Below are positions 1 to 19,487 of a stretch of 64,000 bases of DNA, in pieces. This DNA comes from an uncultured Gemmatimonadales bacterium. GTDB taxonomy: Bacteria; Gemmatimonadota; Gemmatimonadetes; Gemmatimonadales; Gemmatimonadaceae. Both the position numbers and the translations under genes were made by a program. The stretch covers positions 192,001 to 256,000 of the forward strand of contig CAWKMU010000003.1 in the NCBI GenBank assembly GCA_963850905.1. Direction: 5' to 3'. The stretch's first letter is position 1; every line of letters starts with the position of its first letter. The notes beneath the pieces are model-generated. The model saw nothing but the letters and a program-made list of their open reading frames with translations, searched no databases and was not told the origin of the DNA.

Positions 1-926
1 TCGTACGAATCCGCCATGTGCGGGATCGGCGGGACAAGCGACGCCGAGCCGGCCGAGTTGAAGAATGAGAACACGTCGGCGTAAAATCGTCCGAAGCCGG
101 CTTCACCATGATTGTGCAAAACGAAGAACCCGAACAACCAGAACTCTCCGTACAACGTGAGCAGGGCAATGAGTCCGTGGAGAGCGGCGGTCCACCAGGA
201 GAACAGTTTGTCGATCCACACCGCCCGCACGTACGCCGCCGCCGCGAACGCACCAATCATTGCGGCGATGTACGGATGGGTCGGGACGGCGATCCAGACG
301 AGCAGGAGCCAGGGAACGAGAAACCGCCAGGACGGCCGCTCGATGGGGCGTCGCAAGTACAACCACCACGCCGCGAGGATCTCCCAGTGCGCACTCAAAC
401 TGGGATGTTCAAACCGCTGAAGCAGCGTGGGACTGAGGGCGAAGAACACGGAACCAAGCAGGCTGATGGGCGTACCCGCACCCAGGGCCCTCAAGACGAG
501 GTACCCGAACACCGCCTGGAGCATGTAGAACACGAGCATAAGGAATCCGATGTACTGCCATGGCACATGCACCCATGAGAACAGGAGCTTGGCTGGAACG
601 CTGAGCAATCCGTCGGACGTGGTCACCAACGGAGCCATCATGGTGTGGAGCATGCCGAACGGGAGCGTCCACCGTTCATTGCGCTCGAAGAGCCATTCCA
701 GCAGCGAGGCTCCTCGGTCTGCCTTCATCATCCACCGGATGTTCGTCGGCACGACGATGTCTACGGGCAGTTGATAAGCGAAAACCGCTGCGCCGAGCAC
801 AGCCGCGACGACGACGGATACCCATTCCGGCAGTCGGCGGGGCGCGAGTGGGCCGGCTGGACGATGCGCGGCGGTCGGTGTTGGCGCGGGATGCACCCGC
901 GCCGCGGTTGGCACAGTGGCGCTCAC
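1..926 (-). CDS. DUF6311-like polytopic membrane protein (putative GT-C glycosyltransferase), runs off the window edge
   Basis: Manual minus-strand translation from GTG at 926 (MSATVPTAARV...PTNIRWMMKADRGASLLEWLFERNERWTLPFG...QRFEHPSLSAHWEILAAWWLY) is open to the edge and clearly paralogous to the 1109 protein. Not in the ORF track. Confidence 0.8.
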   Translation of the reverse strand, partial: MSATVPTAARVHPAPTPTAAHRPAGPLAPRRLPEWVSVVVAAVLGAAVFAYQLPVDIVVPTNIRWMMKADRGASLLEWLFERNERWTLPFGMLHTMMAPLVTTSDGLLSVPAKLLFSWVHVPWQYIGFLMLVFYMLQAVFGYLVLRALGAGTPISLLGSVFFALSPTLLQRFEHPSLSAHWEILAAWWLYLRRPIERPSWRFLVPWLLLVWIAVPTHPYIAAMIGAFAAAAYVRAVWIDKLFSWWTAALHGLIALLTLYGEFWLFGFFVLHNHGEAGFGRFYADVFSFFNSAGSASLVPPIPHMADSY

Positions 927-1013
927 GTGACTAGTCTGTGTCCTCGGGTAGGTCTGGCCGAGGATAACGTAGCCCGGTGGTCCTGGACTCGGTAGCGAGG
1001 ACGTGCGTCGACC

Positions 1014-1019
1014 TATAAT
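1014..1019 (+). promoter_or_regulatory. possible -10 box (TATAAT) in the divergent intergenic region
   Basis: Perfect TATAAT about 90 nt upstream of the 1109 start in a GC-rich context; no clear -35. Confidence 0.35.
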
Positions 1020-1108
1020 TCTTCCCCAGACTACATGTCCACCTATGCATCTGCGTCGGCTGCAAGTCGTCGAGTGGCGATGCCAGGCGCACCACGCTGC
1101 CGGATCCC

Positions 1109-3431
1109 GTGACTGACCTCGCATCACCGGCGCCACCAGCGCCAACTCTCGGACAACCTTCGCGTCAACATCCCTTGGGCGCGCCCCGATTCACTTCAGG
1201 AGAACGTGGAGCGGTCGTGCTGGCCGCGATCGTTGGCGCAGCGGCGTTCTTCTATCAGGTGCCTGCCAGCATTCTCAATCCTACCAACATCCGCTGGATG
1301 ATGGTCGGTGATCGGGGGGCCTCATTGGCGGGCTGGCTTTTCGAGCGCCAGTCTCCATGGACTCTGCCCTTCGGCATTCTCCACAACGTTATCCCGCCAG
1401 CCGTCACGACGGTCGGCTACTCCGATGCTTTGCCATGGATCGCGGTGCCGGCAAAGCTCGTGTCCGGATGGACGCCGCTCCCATGGCAATACAGCGGCAT
1501 CTTCTTGTTCGCCTGCTACGTGCTGCAAGGCGTTTTCGGCTATCTCGTGCTGCGCCAATTGGGGGTAGGGCGACGGTTGGGCCTTCTCGGCGCCGCCTTT
1601 TTTGCCACGAGCCCAGCGCTGTTGCAACGGTTCGAGCACATCAGTCTGAGCGCACATTGGGAAATCCTCGCCGCATGGTGGTTGTATCTCCGCCCTACAC
1701 CCAGTCGGCCGGGATGGCGATTCGTGGCTCCCTGGCTCCTGTTGCTCGCGGTGACGATTCCGACCTACATCTACCTCGCTCTGATGGTGGCCGTGCTCGC
1801 GTCCGCGGCGTACGTGCGGGCAGTCTGGGTCGATCGATCCCTCTCCTGGCGGACCGCTGGGTTGCACGCGGCAGTAGCCCTAGCCGTCGTGTTCGGAGTC
1901 CTGTGGATCTTCGGCTACTTCGTGGTGCACGCCCGAGGTGACGCCGGATTTGGAAAGTTTTCTACCGATGTACTCGGCTTTTTTGACTCAGCCGGGTGGG
2001 GATGGATCGCCCCACCGCTCGTCGGCGTTCCGCGGGAGCTACGAGAACTATTACTTCCTGGGCCTCGGTGTAGTGGTGCTGCTGCCGATTAGCGTGGGCC
2101 TCGTGCTCGCACGGGGGCCCGCGCCGCAACCGTCCGCGCCGCGCCCGTCAAGACCCGGTGATAACACACACAGACAGTGGCGAAGCAGGTCACGATCCCA
2201 ATTCACGGCGCAGGCTGTGGCCGGGTGTGGCCGCCGCCCTCTTGATGTTTGTGTACGCGTTAGCAACTCCAATCACGTTCGCCGGGCATCCGATCCTCGC
2301 CGTGCCATTGTACAGGCACTTGCACCAATTCACAGCCTGGTTCCGTGGGTCGGGGCGATTTGCGTGGCCGCTGTATTACCTCGTCATGGCGCTTGTCCTG
2401 GCCACAGTGGCCCGACGCGCACGTCCAATTGCGGCGGCTGCGCTACTCCTGGCCGCATTAGGCTTCCAACTCGTCGACCAGCGTCCCCTGCACAGGTGGG
2501 TGAAAATACAATACACCTACCCGTGGCCTCGTCTCGACTCCCCCGGCTGGAAAGATATCGGACGGTCGTTTCGATCGATACGTCTCGCCCCGCCGATTAT
2601 CGCGCACCACATCGCATGTGATTACTACGACCAACACGACGACTATAACGCCAAATTCGCCGTGGTGGCCTCGACTGAAGGCATGACGCTCAACAGCGCC
2701 ACTCTCTCGCGGGTCGATGACATTTCGGCTCTGTGCAGGCCGATGCTCGATAGTCTGACGCGTGGCCTCCTCGATCCGCGCACGGTCTACGTCCCCGCCA
2801 CGAACTACTTCGAGGAGATACGGTGGACGGCTGAGGGCCATGTGATCTGTGGAAAAATCGACGGCGACAACATTTGCATAGCCCGTGACACCGCGACCGC
2901 CGGCACCCCAATGGCGCGACTCCTAGCGGGCCAGTCTTGGCGCGATAGCGCCCAGGTCTTGCACTTGGATCTCAGGTACTCCGACCCGCCGATCGTCGAG
3001 TCCATCCGGGGCTTCACTGCCCCACCCGATAGCGGAGGGCGCGCCCTAGTTGACAGCGCTGCGGAGGTGCGGCTCATCCGGCCGCTTCCAGGGGCCGTCG
3101 ACCTCGTCGTCAGTGCGGCGGCCGCGGGTTTGGTGCAGCCCGTGCGACTGACCATTACACTCGGTCGTCAGTCCCGATCAATGCGTGCTCGGGCCGGGCG
3201 ACACGTCCACCACCTGGCACTTCGATGACAAGAGCGGGCGGATCGATCCAGCGCTGCGCGTGTCCGTCGGCGCGCCGCCGACTGACGCGAGGCCACCTGC
3301 AGCACAGTCAGCTGCCGTGCAGCCAGCTGGCGCTCACCGCTCCCCGCATCTTCTACGTTTCCGCCTCAAACGTCTGATCATTTCACTTCAGGTCAGAAGA
3401 TCAGGTGCCCGAGCACGGATCGCCCCGCTAA
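1109..3431 (+). CDS. DUF6311-like membrane protein (putative GT-C glycosyltransferase) with periplasmic C-terminal domain; split by about 4 indels
   Basis: ORFs 1109-2092, 1938-2621 (GSYENYYFLGLG), 2158-3228 (FRGSGRFAWPLYY) and 3185- join into one protein. Probable stop TAA 3429-3431, inferred from the duplicated tail at 5224-5400. Confidence 0.7.
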
Positions 3432-3456
3432 CACCCGGGTTCCCAGTCGGCGGCCG

Positions 3457-5031
3457 TTATGGTCGCTCGTACTCGTACAGCGACGCGATGCGTGTCGCCC
3501 GGTAGAAGGCGGGCCGCAGACCGTAGGCAAACGTCGCTCTCGCGACGAGCTTGCCGTATGGATCCACCTCGTGGATCTCACCGGCGTACCCGAATCCGAC
3601 AAGGGTGTTGCCGTTGGACAACCGCTGCACAGAGCCAAATGCGATCGTGAAAAGACTGGGCTGCGGTCGGTACTCCCAGACCATCGTGGCGACCCTGTGC
3701 GAAACATTGAGGGCGTATTCCACTGCGCGCGACACCGGCGGCTTGTGGCGCAGCCCATTGTCGTAGAGCAGCAGGTGACCGTTCGGCAGCACACGCGCCG
3801 AATGCTGCCCACTGAAGAAGCCAAGTGGGTCGTTGCGAATCGTGAACTGGTTGCGCGCCCCGCCGAGCTGCCACATGATGGCGCCCGAGTGCGCGTTGAT
3901 TTTCGCCACCGCGCCCATGTTGCGGAACGACACGATGTAATTGCTATCGAGGTCGAACGCGAGAGAGTTCGGGTGGTCGAAATCATCGGGTGGTGCCGCG
4001 CCCGTTGGCTCGATCCAGTCCGTGACGCCGTAGTGGCCCCAAGCATCCCACTTGAACTCCACGACGCCCGGCGGAGACTCGCGGATGAGTTGATGTCCGA
4101 CACCAGATCCGTTCGCCGGACCGCCCAATCGGCTGAAATCGAACGGCCGCCGAGTGTACCCGAACAGGTGAAGCACGGGGCTAGAATCGGGACCGGTGAT
4201 CAGCAGTTCGTGCGAACCGGTGAACTCCCCTGGACCCGCGCTATACCGGTGGATGATCTCCCCAGTTGGCAAGAATTCGGCAAAGTCCACCGTCGCGCCA
4301 TCGAATCCGCCAGGCACCGCTTGGCGCTGGGGCACCGCGCGCCCGCTGTCCGTCGTCGCTCGCACCAAGGACCCGCGCCGCGGCCCCCACCCGGACGTCG
4401 GCAGCGCAATCGTAAAGTGTCCATTCGGTTGCTGCTTGATCTCGACCGATCCGACGACCGGAAAGACACGGTACCAGCGGACGCGGCCGAGTGCATCGAA
4501 GGCCACCGCGATCGCGTCGTCCGGTGGGAGCGCGGCGGATCGTGGAGAGGAGTCACGCAGCGGCGACACCAGCGTGTAGCCCCGGCTGAATGTCCCGGTG
4601 GGGACGAGTGATGCGGCCTGCACCCATGGAGGGAGGCCCCCGGTAGCGTAGCCCCAGTTCGCCGACGTCCTGTGGCCTCCACCCCACGCTTGCACTGTGA
4701 TCGCGTATGTATGAAACGGCAACAGGCCGAGGATCGGCACCCGGCCGACTGCGCCAGTCACTCGCACAGACGGTGTGGTCGAAACCGTATCGCCGGACGT
4801 GCTGTAGACGACTCGAGCGGAATCGACGCCCGTAGCCGAAAACGTCACGATGGCCGAAAGGACGTTTAGAGGGTTCGCATCCGCGTGCAAATTCGACACC
4901 TTCACATGGCCGCTGCAACCCAGCAACTGGACAGCCCCGAGCAGTACGACTCCAATATCCGCGCGCCGTCGGTGCAAGCGTATCGGCCAGTCAGCGTGCA
5001 GCATCAGGCGTCGCCGGGGACCGGCATTCAC
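3457..5031 (-). CDS. aryl-sulfate sulfotransferase (ASST) family lipoprotein, copy A
   Basis: Motifs GSHEL, FDHPNSL, SFRN and GQHS match the ASST catalytic His/Asn/Arg pattern; lipobox LLGC; GTG start at 5031 overlaps the stop of the remnant ORF (GTGA). Confidence 0.8.
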   Translation of the reverse strand: MNAGPRRRLMLHADWPIRLHRRRADIGVVLLGAVQLLGCSGHVKVSNLHADANPLNVLSAIVTFSATGVDSARVVYSTSGDTVSTTPSVRVTGAVGRVPILGLLPFHTYAITVQAWGGGHRTSANWGYATGGLPPWVQAASLVPTGTFSRGYTLVSPLRDSSPRSAALPPDDAIAVAFDALGRVRWYRVFPVVGSVEIKQQPNGHFTIALPTSGWGPRRGSLVRATTDSGRAVPQRQAVPGGFDGATVDFAEFLPTGEIIHRYSAGPGEFTGSHELLITGPDSSPVLHLFGYTRRPFDFSRLGGPANGSGVGHQLIRESPPGVVEFKWDAWGHYGVTDWIEPTGAAPPDDFDHPNSLAFDLDSNYIVSFRNMGAVAKINAHSGAIMWQLGGARNQFTIRNDPLGFFSGQHSARVLPNGHLLLYDNGLRHKPPVSRAVEYALNVSHRVATMVWEYRPQPSLFTIAFGSVQRLSNGNTLVGFGYAGEIHEVDPYGKLVARATFAYGLRPAFYRATRIASLYEYERP

Positions 5032-5222
5032 TCTCCACTGCGAGATCCGTTGCTGGCACCGAGTTGGCGATAGAGCAGCCACATGGTCTCCACCCGCTCT
5101 CCCCCCCAACGCCAGGACATTGACACGAGGAACGTAGCGACCGCCGGCGAGATGCGGCAGGAGGCGACTGCGCAGCGTGTCGGACGCACGCCGCAGTGGC
5201 GTGAAACCAGCAGCGACGATTG
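5028..5222 (-). pseudogene. 3' remnant of the 6994-8529 membrane glycosyltransferase gene
   Basis: Encodes AGFTPLRRASDTLRSRLLPHLAGGRYVPRV and ETMWLLYRQLGASNGSRSGE*, matching the C-terminus of 6994-8529; no 5' part. Confidence 0.8.
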
Positions 5223-5223
5223 C

Positions 5224-5400
5224 GATGACAAGAGCCGGCAGATCGATCCAACGCTGCGTGTGTCGGTCGGTGCCCCGCCCGCCACCGCTCCCTTGACTGA
5301 CGCTCACTCGCTCCGCGCCTCTTCCCGCTTCCGCCTCAAGCGTCTGACATTCCGCTTCAGGTCAGAAGATGAGGTGCCCGAGCACGGATCGCTCCGCTGA
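5224..5400 (+). pseudogene. 3' remnant of the 1109-3431 gene
   Basis: DDKSRQIDPTLRVSVGAPP...RFRLKRLTFRFRSEDEVPEHGSLR* matches the tail at 3225-3431. Confidence 0.75.
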
Positions 5401-5425
5401 CTCCCAGGTTCGCAGTCGGCGGCCG

Positions 5426-6997
5426 TCAAGGCCGTTCATACTCGTATAGAGACGCGATGCGAGTGGCACGGTAGAATGCCGACCGCAGTCCGTACGCGAA
5501 CGTGCCACGCGCGACGGGGTTGCCGCGCGCATCCACTTCGCGGATCTCTCCCGCATAGCCATACCCAATGAGGGTGTTGCCGTTCGACAACCGCTGCGCG
5601 GAGCCGAACGCGACGGTGAACAATCCTGGTTGCGGCCGATATTCCCACACCATCGTCGCGATCCGGTGCGGCACATCGAGCGCATACTCGACGACGCGCG
5701 ATACCGGCGGCTTGTGCCGCAGACCGTTGTCGTACAGCAACAAGTGCCCGTTCGGGAGCACCCGCACGGAATGCTGCCCGCTGAAGAATCCGAGGGGGTC
5801 GTTCCGAATCGTGAACTGGTTCCCCCGCCCCCCGAGCTGCCACATGATGGCACCGGAATGCGCGTTCACTTTCACGATCGCGCCCATGTTGCGGAAGGAG
5901 ATTACGTAGTTGCTATCGAGATCGAACGCCAGGGAGTTCGGATGATCGAAGTCGTCCGGCGGAGCGGCGCCAGTGGGCTCGATCCAGTCGGCGACGCCAT
6001 AATGGTCCCACACGTCCCATTTGAACTCCACGACGCCCGGCGGGGACTCGCGAATGAGTTGATGCCCCACGCCGGAGCCATTCTTCGGACCGCGAACCGC
6101 CGTGAAGTCGAACGGGCGGCGCGTGTAGCCGAAAAGGTGCAGGACCGGGCTGGAGTCTGCGCCGGTCATGAGGAGCTCGTGCGAGCCCGTGTACTCCCCT
6201 GCGCCGGCGGTGTAGGTGTGAATGATCTCGCCGGTCGGAAGAAACTCGGCAAATTCCACCAGCGCATCGTCGAATCCGCCAGGCACGGCCTGCCGCTGCG
6301 GCGCCCGCGCCCCAGTGTCCGTGGACGCGGGGACCCGCGCCCGGCGCGATGACCACCCGGACAACGGCAACCCGATCGTGAAGTGCCCGTTCGGCTGCTG
6401 CTTGATCTCGACCGATCCGTCGGCGGCAAAGAGGCGATACCAACGCAGGCGCCCCTGGGCATCGAAAGCGACTGCCATCGCGCTGTCCGGCGGAATCCTG
6501 GCATACTGCGGAGAGGAGTCCCGTAGCGGCGACACGAGCGTCAGCCCACGGCTGAACGTCCCCACGGTCACGAGCGATGCCGCTTGCACCCGAGCCGGGA
6601 GCCCGCGTGTCGCATAGCCCCACCGCGCACTCGTCGTATGCCCGCTCCCACGCGCTTGCACCGTGATCGCGTACGTGTGCAGCGGCAGCAGGCCAAGGAT
6701 CGCCACGCGCCCGACAGCGCCCGTCACTCGTACATACGGCGTGGCGGAAACCGTGTCGTCGGACGTGCCATAAATGACTCGAGCCGAATCGACACCCGCA
6801 GCCGAAAACGTCACCATGGCGGAGAGCACGTTGAGCGGATTCTCCTCCACGTGCACGTTCGACACGTGCACCTGCCCGCCGCACGCCGCTAGCTGCGCCG
6901 CACCCAGCAGGACCAGACCAATACCCGCACGACGGCCGTGCACGCGCATCTCCCGCTCAGGTGGCCGCACGAGGCATCGCCGCTGACCGACGGTCAT
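5426..6997 (-). CDS. aryl-sulfate sulfotransferase (ASST) family lipoprotein, copy B
   Basis: Same catalytic motifs as copy A; lipobox LAAC; ATG at 6997 overlaps the upstream stop (ATGA). Confidence 0.82.
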   Translation of the reverse strand: MTVGQRRCLVRPPEREMRVHGRRAGIGLVLLGAAQLAACGGQVHVSNVHVEENPLNVLSAMVTFSAAGVDSARVIYGTSDDTVSATPYVRVTGAVGRVAILGLLPLHTYAITVQARGSGHTTSARWGYATRGLPARVQAASLVTVGTFSRGLTLVSPLRDSSPQYARIPPDSAMAVAFDAQGRLRWYRLFAADGSVEIKQQPNGHFTIGLPLSGWSSRRARVPASTDTGARAPQRQAVPGGFDDALVEFAEFLPTGEIIHTYTAGAGEYTGSHELLMTGADSSPVLHLFGYTRRPFDFTAVRGPKNGSGVGHQLIRESPPGVVEFKWDVWDHYGVADWIEPTGAAPPDDFDHPNSLAFDLDSNYVISFRNMGAIVKVNAHSGAIMWQLGGRGNQFTIRNDPLGFFSGQHSVRVLPNGHLLLYDNGLRHKPPVSRVVEYALDVPHRIATMVWEYRPQPGLFTVAFGSAQRLSNGNTLIGYGYAGEIREVDARGNPVARGTFAYGLRSAFYRATRIASLYEYERP

Positions 6998-8529
6998 TTT
7001 CCGTTCGGTGATCCATTGCTGCTCCCGGGCCGGCGATACAGGAGCCACATGGTCTGCACCCGCTCGCCTCCCCAGCCCCAGGACATGACCCGAGGAACGT
7101 AGCGACCGCCTGCCAGATGCGGCAGGAGCCGGCCGCGCAGCGTATCCGACGCACGCCAGAGCGGTGTGAACCCTGCCGCGACAATGGCATTGCCAGTGAG
7201 CCCATTGTGCCAACTCGGCCCCGTGTCCGCGTCCCAGATGATCAGCGTTTCCGGCGGGAGTGCCCGCACCGCGCTGTCGAGGTGCCCCGCGCCACCGGAG
7301 CGCAGGCCACCGCCCGCTTTCGGGTCGCAACCAAAGCGAATGCACCCGTAGGCCTGACTCGCGATGACACGACTGACCGGTTGTGGATGCGCGTGAAACC
7401 AGGCGGCCGCGGCATCCACCATCCAGGCATCTCGCGAGCTAGGCCACGCGTCGACATAACACAACGCAGCGACCGCCGACATCAGGAGCACGAGCGCCGT
7501 GGCCACCGTCAGAGCAGGACGTGCGAAGCGCCCAGTCACCGTTCGGAACGCGTTCGCGAGTTCGTTCCAGCCGAGCAAGGCGATGAGTGCGATCGCCGGC
7601 GCCACACAGGCGAAATACCGGGGGTATCCGGCGGAACCGAACGCGCCGAGCGCCCACAACGCGGAGTGCAAGACAAAGAGGAGAACGACGTTAGCCAGCT
7701 CGAACCGCAAGCGCCGCCGCACGAGCGACGCCACGACGCCCACCGCGAATGGCACCTGGAGCAGAGGCCCGAATATCTCGGCCCGGCGATAGAAGTAGTC
7801 CAGGACCAGTCCCTTGCCATAAGTCGCGGCGCTTGCCCCCCAATTCGCAGGCCAGTGGCGCACCACCCAGAGCGGGTCCCGCGTCCAGATGGAGGTGATG
7901 AGCCACAACACACTGGGCGCGAGCGCCAGCAGCGCCGCCGCTCCCAGTCGATACCGCCACCCACGGCGCCCGGCGTCGCCACTCAACAACGCGATCGCCC
8001 AGAGTGGCGCGAGCACGAGCCCTTCCGGGCGGGTCAGTGCGGCGCACGAGATCAGACTGGCCGCAGTCGCGAGGTGGCCGGACCGACGCAAGCGGAGAGC
8101 GACGACGAACAGCAGCGCGAAAAGCGGCTCCGTCATCGTGTCGGCCGTCAGCAGGAGATAGGAGGGCTGCAACCAGAGCAGCGCGATGACCAAGGGTGCG
8201 CGTTCGAGGCCTTCGGCCTCGGCCAGCCGCCACGTCTGCCACGCCGTCGCCACACAGATCGCGACGGTCGTGAGCTTGGCCACCCGATACCCCGCGGCAG
8301 CTGGCACCGAATACAACAGGGTGAAGAACGGGCGGCCCCACTCATCGACCAGGTACGGCCGATAGTGCCACGCCCATCGCGCGAAGAGGAAGTGCACGCC
8401 GCCGTCCTGCTGGTACGAATCGGGGTAGAGCCACACCAACGCGATGCCGATCACCGCACACGTCGCGAGGCCGCATGCGGCGGTCCAGGATACGCGGCTG
8501 GAAGCGACAGGGCCGGTCCGGTATGTCAC
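6994..8529 (-). CDS. polytopic membrane protein, probable GT-C (PMT/ArnT-like) glycosyltransferase
   Basis: Many TM helices; acidic first loop (DSYQQDG); motifs MTEPLF and TRPEG typical of GT-C-like proteins. Confidence 0.6.
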   Translation of the reverse strand: MTYRTGPVASSRVSWTAACGLATCAVIGIALVWLYPDSYQQDGGVHFLFARWAWHYRPYLVDEWGRPFFTLLYSVPAAAGYRVAKLTTVAICVATAWQTWRLAEAEGLERAPLVIALLWLQPSYLLLTADTMTEPLFALLFVVALRLRRSGHLATAASLISCAALTRPEGLVLAPLWAIALLSGDAGRRGWRYRLGAAALLALAPSVLWLITSIWTRDPLWVVRHWPANWGASAATYGKGLVLDYFYRRAEIFGPLLQVPFAVGVVASLVRRRLRFELANVVLLFVLHSALWALGAFGSAGYPRYFACVAPAIALIALLGWNELANAFRTVTGRFARPALTVATALVLLMSAVAALCYVDAWPSSRDAWMVDAAAAWFHAHPQPVSRVIASQAYGCIRFGCDPKAGGGLRSGGAGHLDSAVRALPPETLIIWDADTGPSWHNGLTGNAIVAAGFTPLWRASDTLRGRLLPHLAGGRYVPRVMSWGWGGERVQTMWLLYRRPGSSNGSPNGK

Positions 8530-8576
8530 CGGGCCGGCCCTGCCGCATCCATCGTGCGTTGGTTCACGCTGGCGGG

Positions 8577-17496
<8,920 letters not shown>

Positions 17497-17753
17497 AGTC
17501 ACCTAACGGAAATGGGGCGCACCCCGCGCGCGCCCGGACTGCTCATCAATTCGAACGATGCACGGACGCCCGTGCACCCAGTGTGGAGCTGAACGGTGGA
17601 CGACCTGAACTGGTCCCGAGCGGATCGCCACTCGTAGGGGCGAGGCCAAGCCTCGCCCTTTTGTCGCCGGACAAAGCTGCCGCAGGCGACGCCGAGTTCG
17701 ATCGACGCCGCCCGTGCAGCACGCTCCGAGCCAGGAAAACCGGACCCCCGCAG

Positions 17754-18160
17754 TTACTTCACCTCGACCGTGGCCCCTTGCTCCTCGAGCTTGGTCTTGA
17801 TCGTGTTGGCCTCGTCCTTCGTAACGGCCGCCTTGACGGCTTGCGGCGCGCCGTCGACCAGGTCCTTGGCTTCCTTGAGGCCGAGGCCCGTGACCTCGCG
17901 CACGACCTTGATGACCTGGATCTTCTTGGCGCCTGCCTCCTTGAGCATGACCGTGAACTCGGTCTGCTCCTCGACCACCGGTGCCGCCGGCTGCACCGCC
18001 ACCCGCGCCACCCGCGGCCGGCGCCGCCGCCGACCGGGGCCGCCGCGATCGTCACGTTGAACTTCGTCTTGAACGCTTCAATCAGCTCAGCGAGATCGAA
18101 GACCGACATGTTGCCGATCGCGTCGAGGATCTCGTCTTTGGACAGCGTCGCGTTAGCCAT
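17754..18160 (-). CDS. rplL: 50S ribosomal protein L7/L12 (frameshifted)
   Basis: [20 protein letters not shown]... and [28 protein letters not shown]. Confidence 0.95.
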
Positions 18161-18236
18161 TGTGGTTGTACCCCTCGAGAAAGAAATCGTTACCCGTGAC
18201 GACCCGTCACGGCGAGCCGAACGGTCGCCCGAACGG

Positions 18237-18770
18237 TTACCCCTGAGGCGGCGCCTCGCGCTGCGCGTGCAGCGCGGTCAGCGCCCCGACGAACATGGAC
18301 AACAGGCCGTTCAGCGCGCCGACGAACGCCGCGAGCGGCGATTGCAGGCCGGCGCCGAGCTGCGGCGAGCATCTGCTCGCGGGACGGCATCGTCGCCAGC
18401 TGCTTGACCTGGGCGGCGTCGATCGCCCGCCCGTCGAGCAACCCGCCCTTCACCGCCGGCCTCTGCTCGAACTCCTTGGCGAAGTCCGCAAGGACCTTGG
18501 CTGCCGCCACCGGATCCTTCGCGATCACGACGCCGGTGGGCCCGCGGAGCTGCGTCCCGACAGACCACTCTCGTTCACCGCACGCGGCGGCGAGCGTGTT
18601 CTTGATGACCACGTACTCGCACGCCCGCCTTCCGCAGGCGCCGGCGCAGCTCGGTCATCCCCTTCACGTTGAGCCCCGTGAAGTCGGTGTAGTAGAGCGC
18701 CGTTCGGCGCCCGTCCGATCTTCTGTGCTCGAGCTCGATCGACGAGCTCCTGCTTCTCTGTTCGATTCAT
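18237..18770 (-). CDS. rplJ: 50S ribosomal protein L10 (frameshifted)
   Basis: MNRTEKQELV..., VIKNTLA, LATMPSREQMLA; lies between rplA and rplL. Confidence 0.92.
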
Positions 18771-18789
18771 CTGCGCCTCAGTGCCGCTC

Positions 18790-19487
18790 CTACCCGCGGT
18801 AGGGGGTCGTGTCGATCATGATCCCGGGCCCCATCGTGCTCGAGATCGCGACGTTGCGGATGTAGACGCCCTTCGCGGCCGGCGGCCGCGACGCGAACGA
18901 CCTGGTCCATGAAGGCGCTGAAGTTGGTCTCCAGCGCATCGACGCGCGAACGAGACCTTGCCGATCGGCGCGTGGATGTTGCCGCCCTTGTCGACACGGA
19001 ACTCGATCTTGCCCGCTTTCACCTCGCGCACGGCGCGCGTGACGTCGAACGTCACCGTGCCGGCCTTGGGGTTCGGCATGAGCCCGCGGGGGCCCAGGAC
19101 GCGTCCCAGCGGTCCGATCTGCCCCATCTGGTCCGGCGTCGCGATCATGACGTCGAAGTCGAGCCAGTTCTCCTTGATCTTCGGCGATGAACTCGATGCC
19201 GACGTAGTCGGCACCCGCCGCCTGCGCCTCGCGCGCCTTCTCGCCCGCCGCGATCACGAGCACGCGAACCGACTTCCCCGTGCCTGCGGGGAGCACGACC
19301 GTGCCGCGCACCGACCTGATCGGCGTGCCGGGGATCAACGCCCAGGCGAACGGCCACCTCGACGGTCTCGTCGAACTTCGCGAACGCCGCCTGCTTGACG
19401 ATCTCGAGCGCCTGGCGCGGCTGATACTGCGACCGCCACCTCACGCCGCGCGGCCGCGGCCTCGTACTTCTTCCCGTGGTGGCGCAT
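18790..19487 (-). CDS. rplA: 50S ribosomal protein L1 (frameshifted)
   Basis: [46 protein letters not shown]. Confidence 0.95.

Larger units (their letters stand above)
3225..7190. repeat. diverged tandem duplication of ~2 kb (unit A ~3225-5222, unit B ~5224-7190)
   Basis: 3225-3457 aligns with 5224-5426, the two ASST genes align, and 5030-5220 aligns with 6995-7190. Confidence 0.9.

Noticed and set aside
5032..5307. Long N-terminal extensions of the ASST ORFs (to 5307 and 7345)
   Set aside because: They run through the upstream gene or its remnant; lipoprotein signals and stop/start overlaps place the starts at 5031 and 6997.
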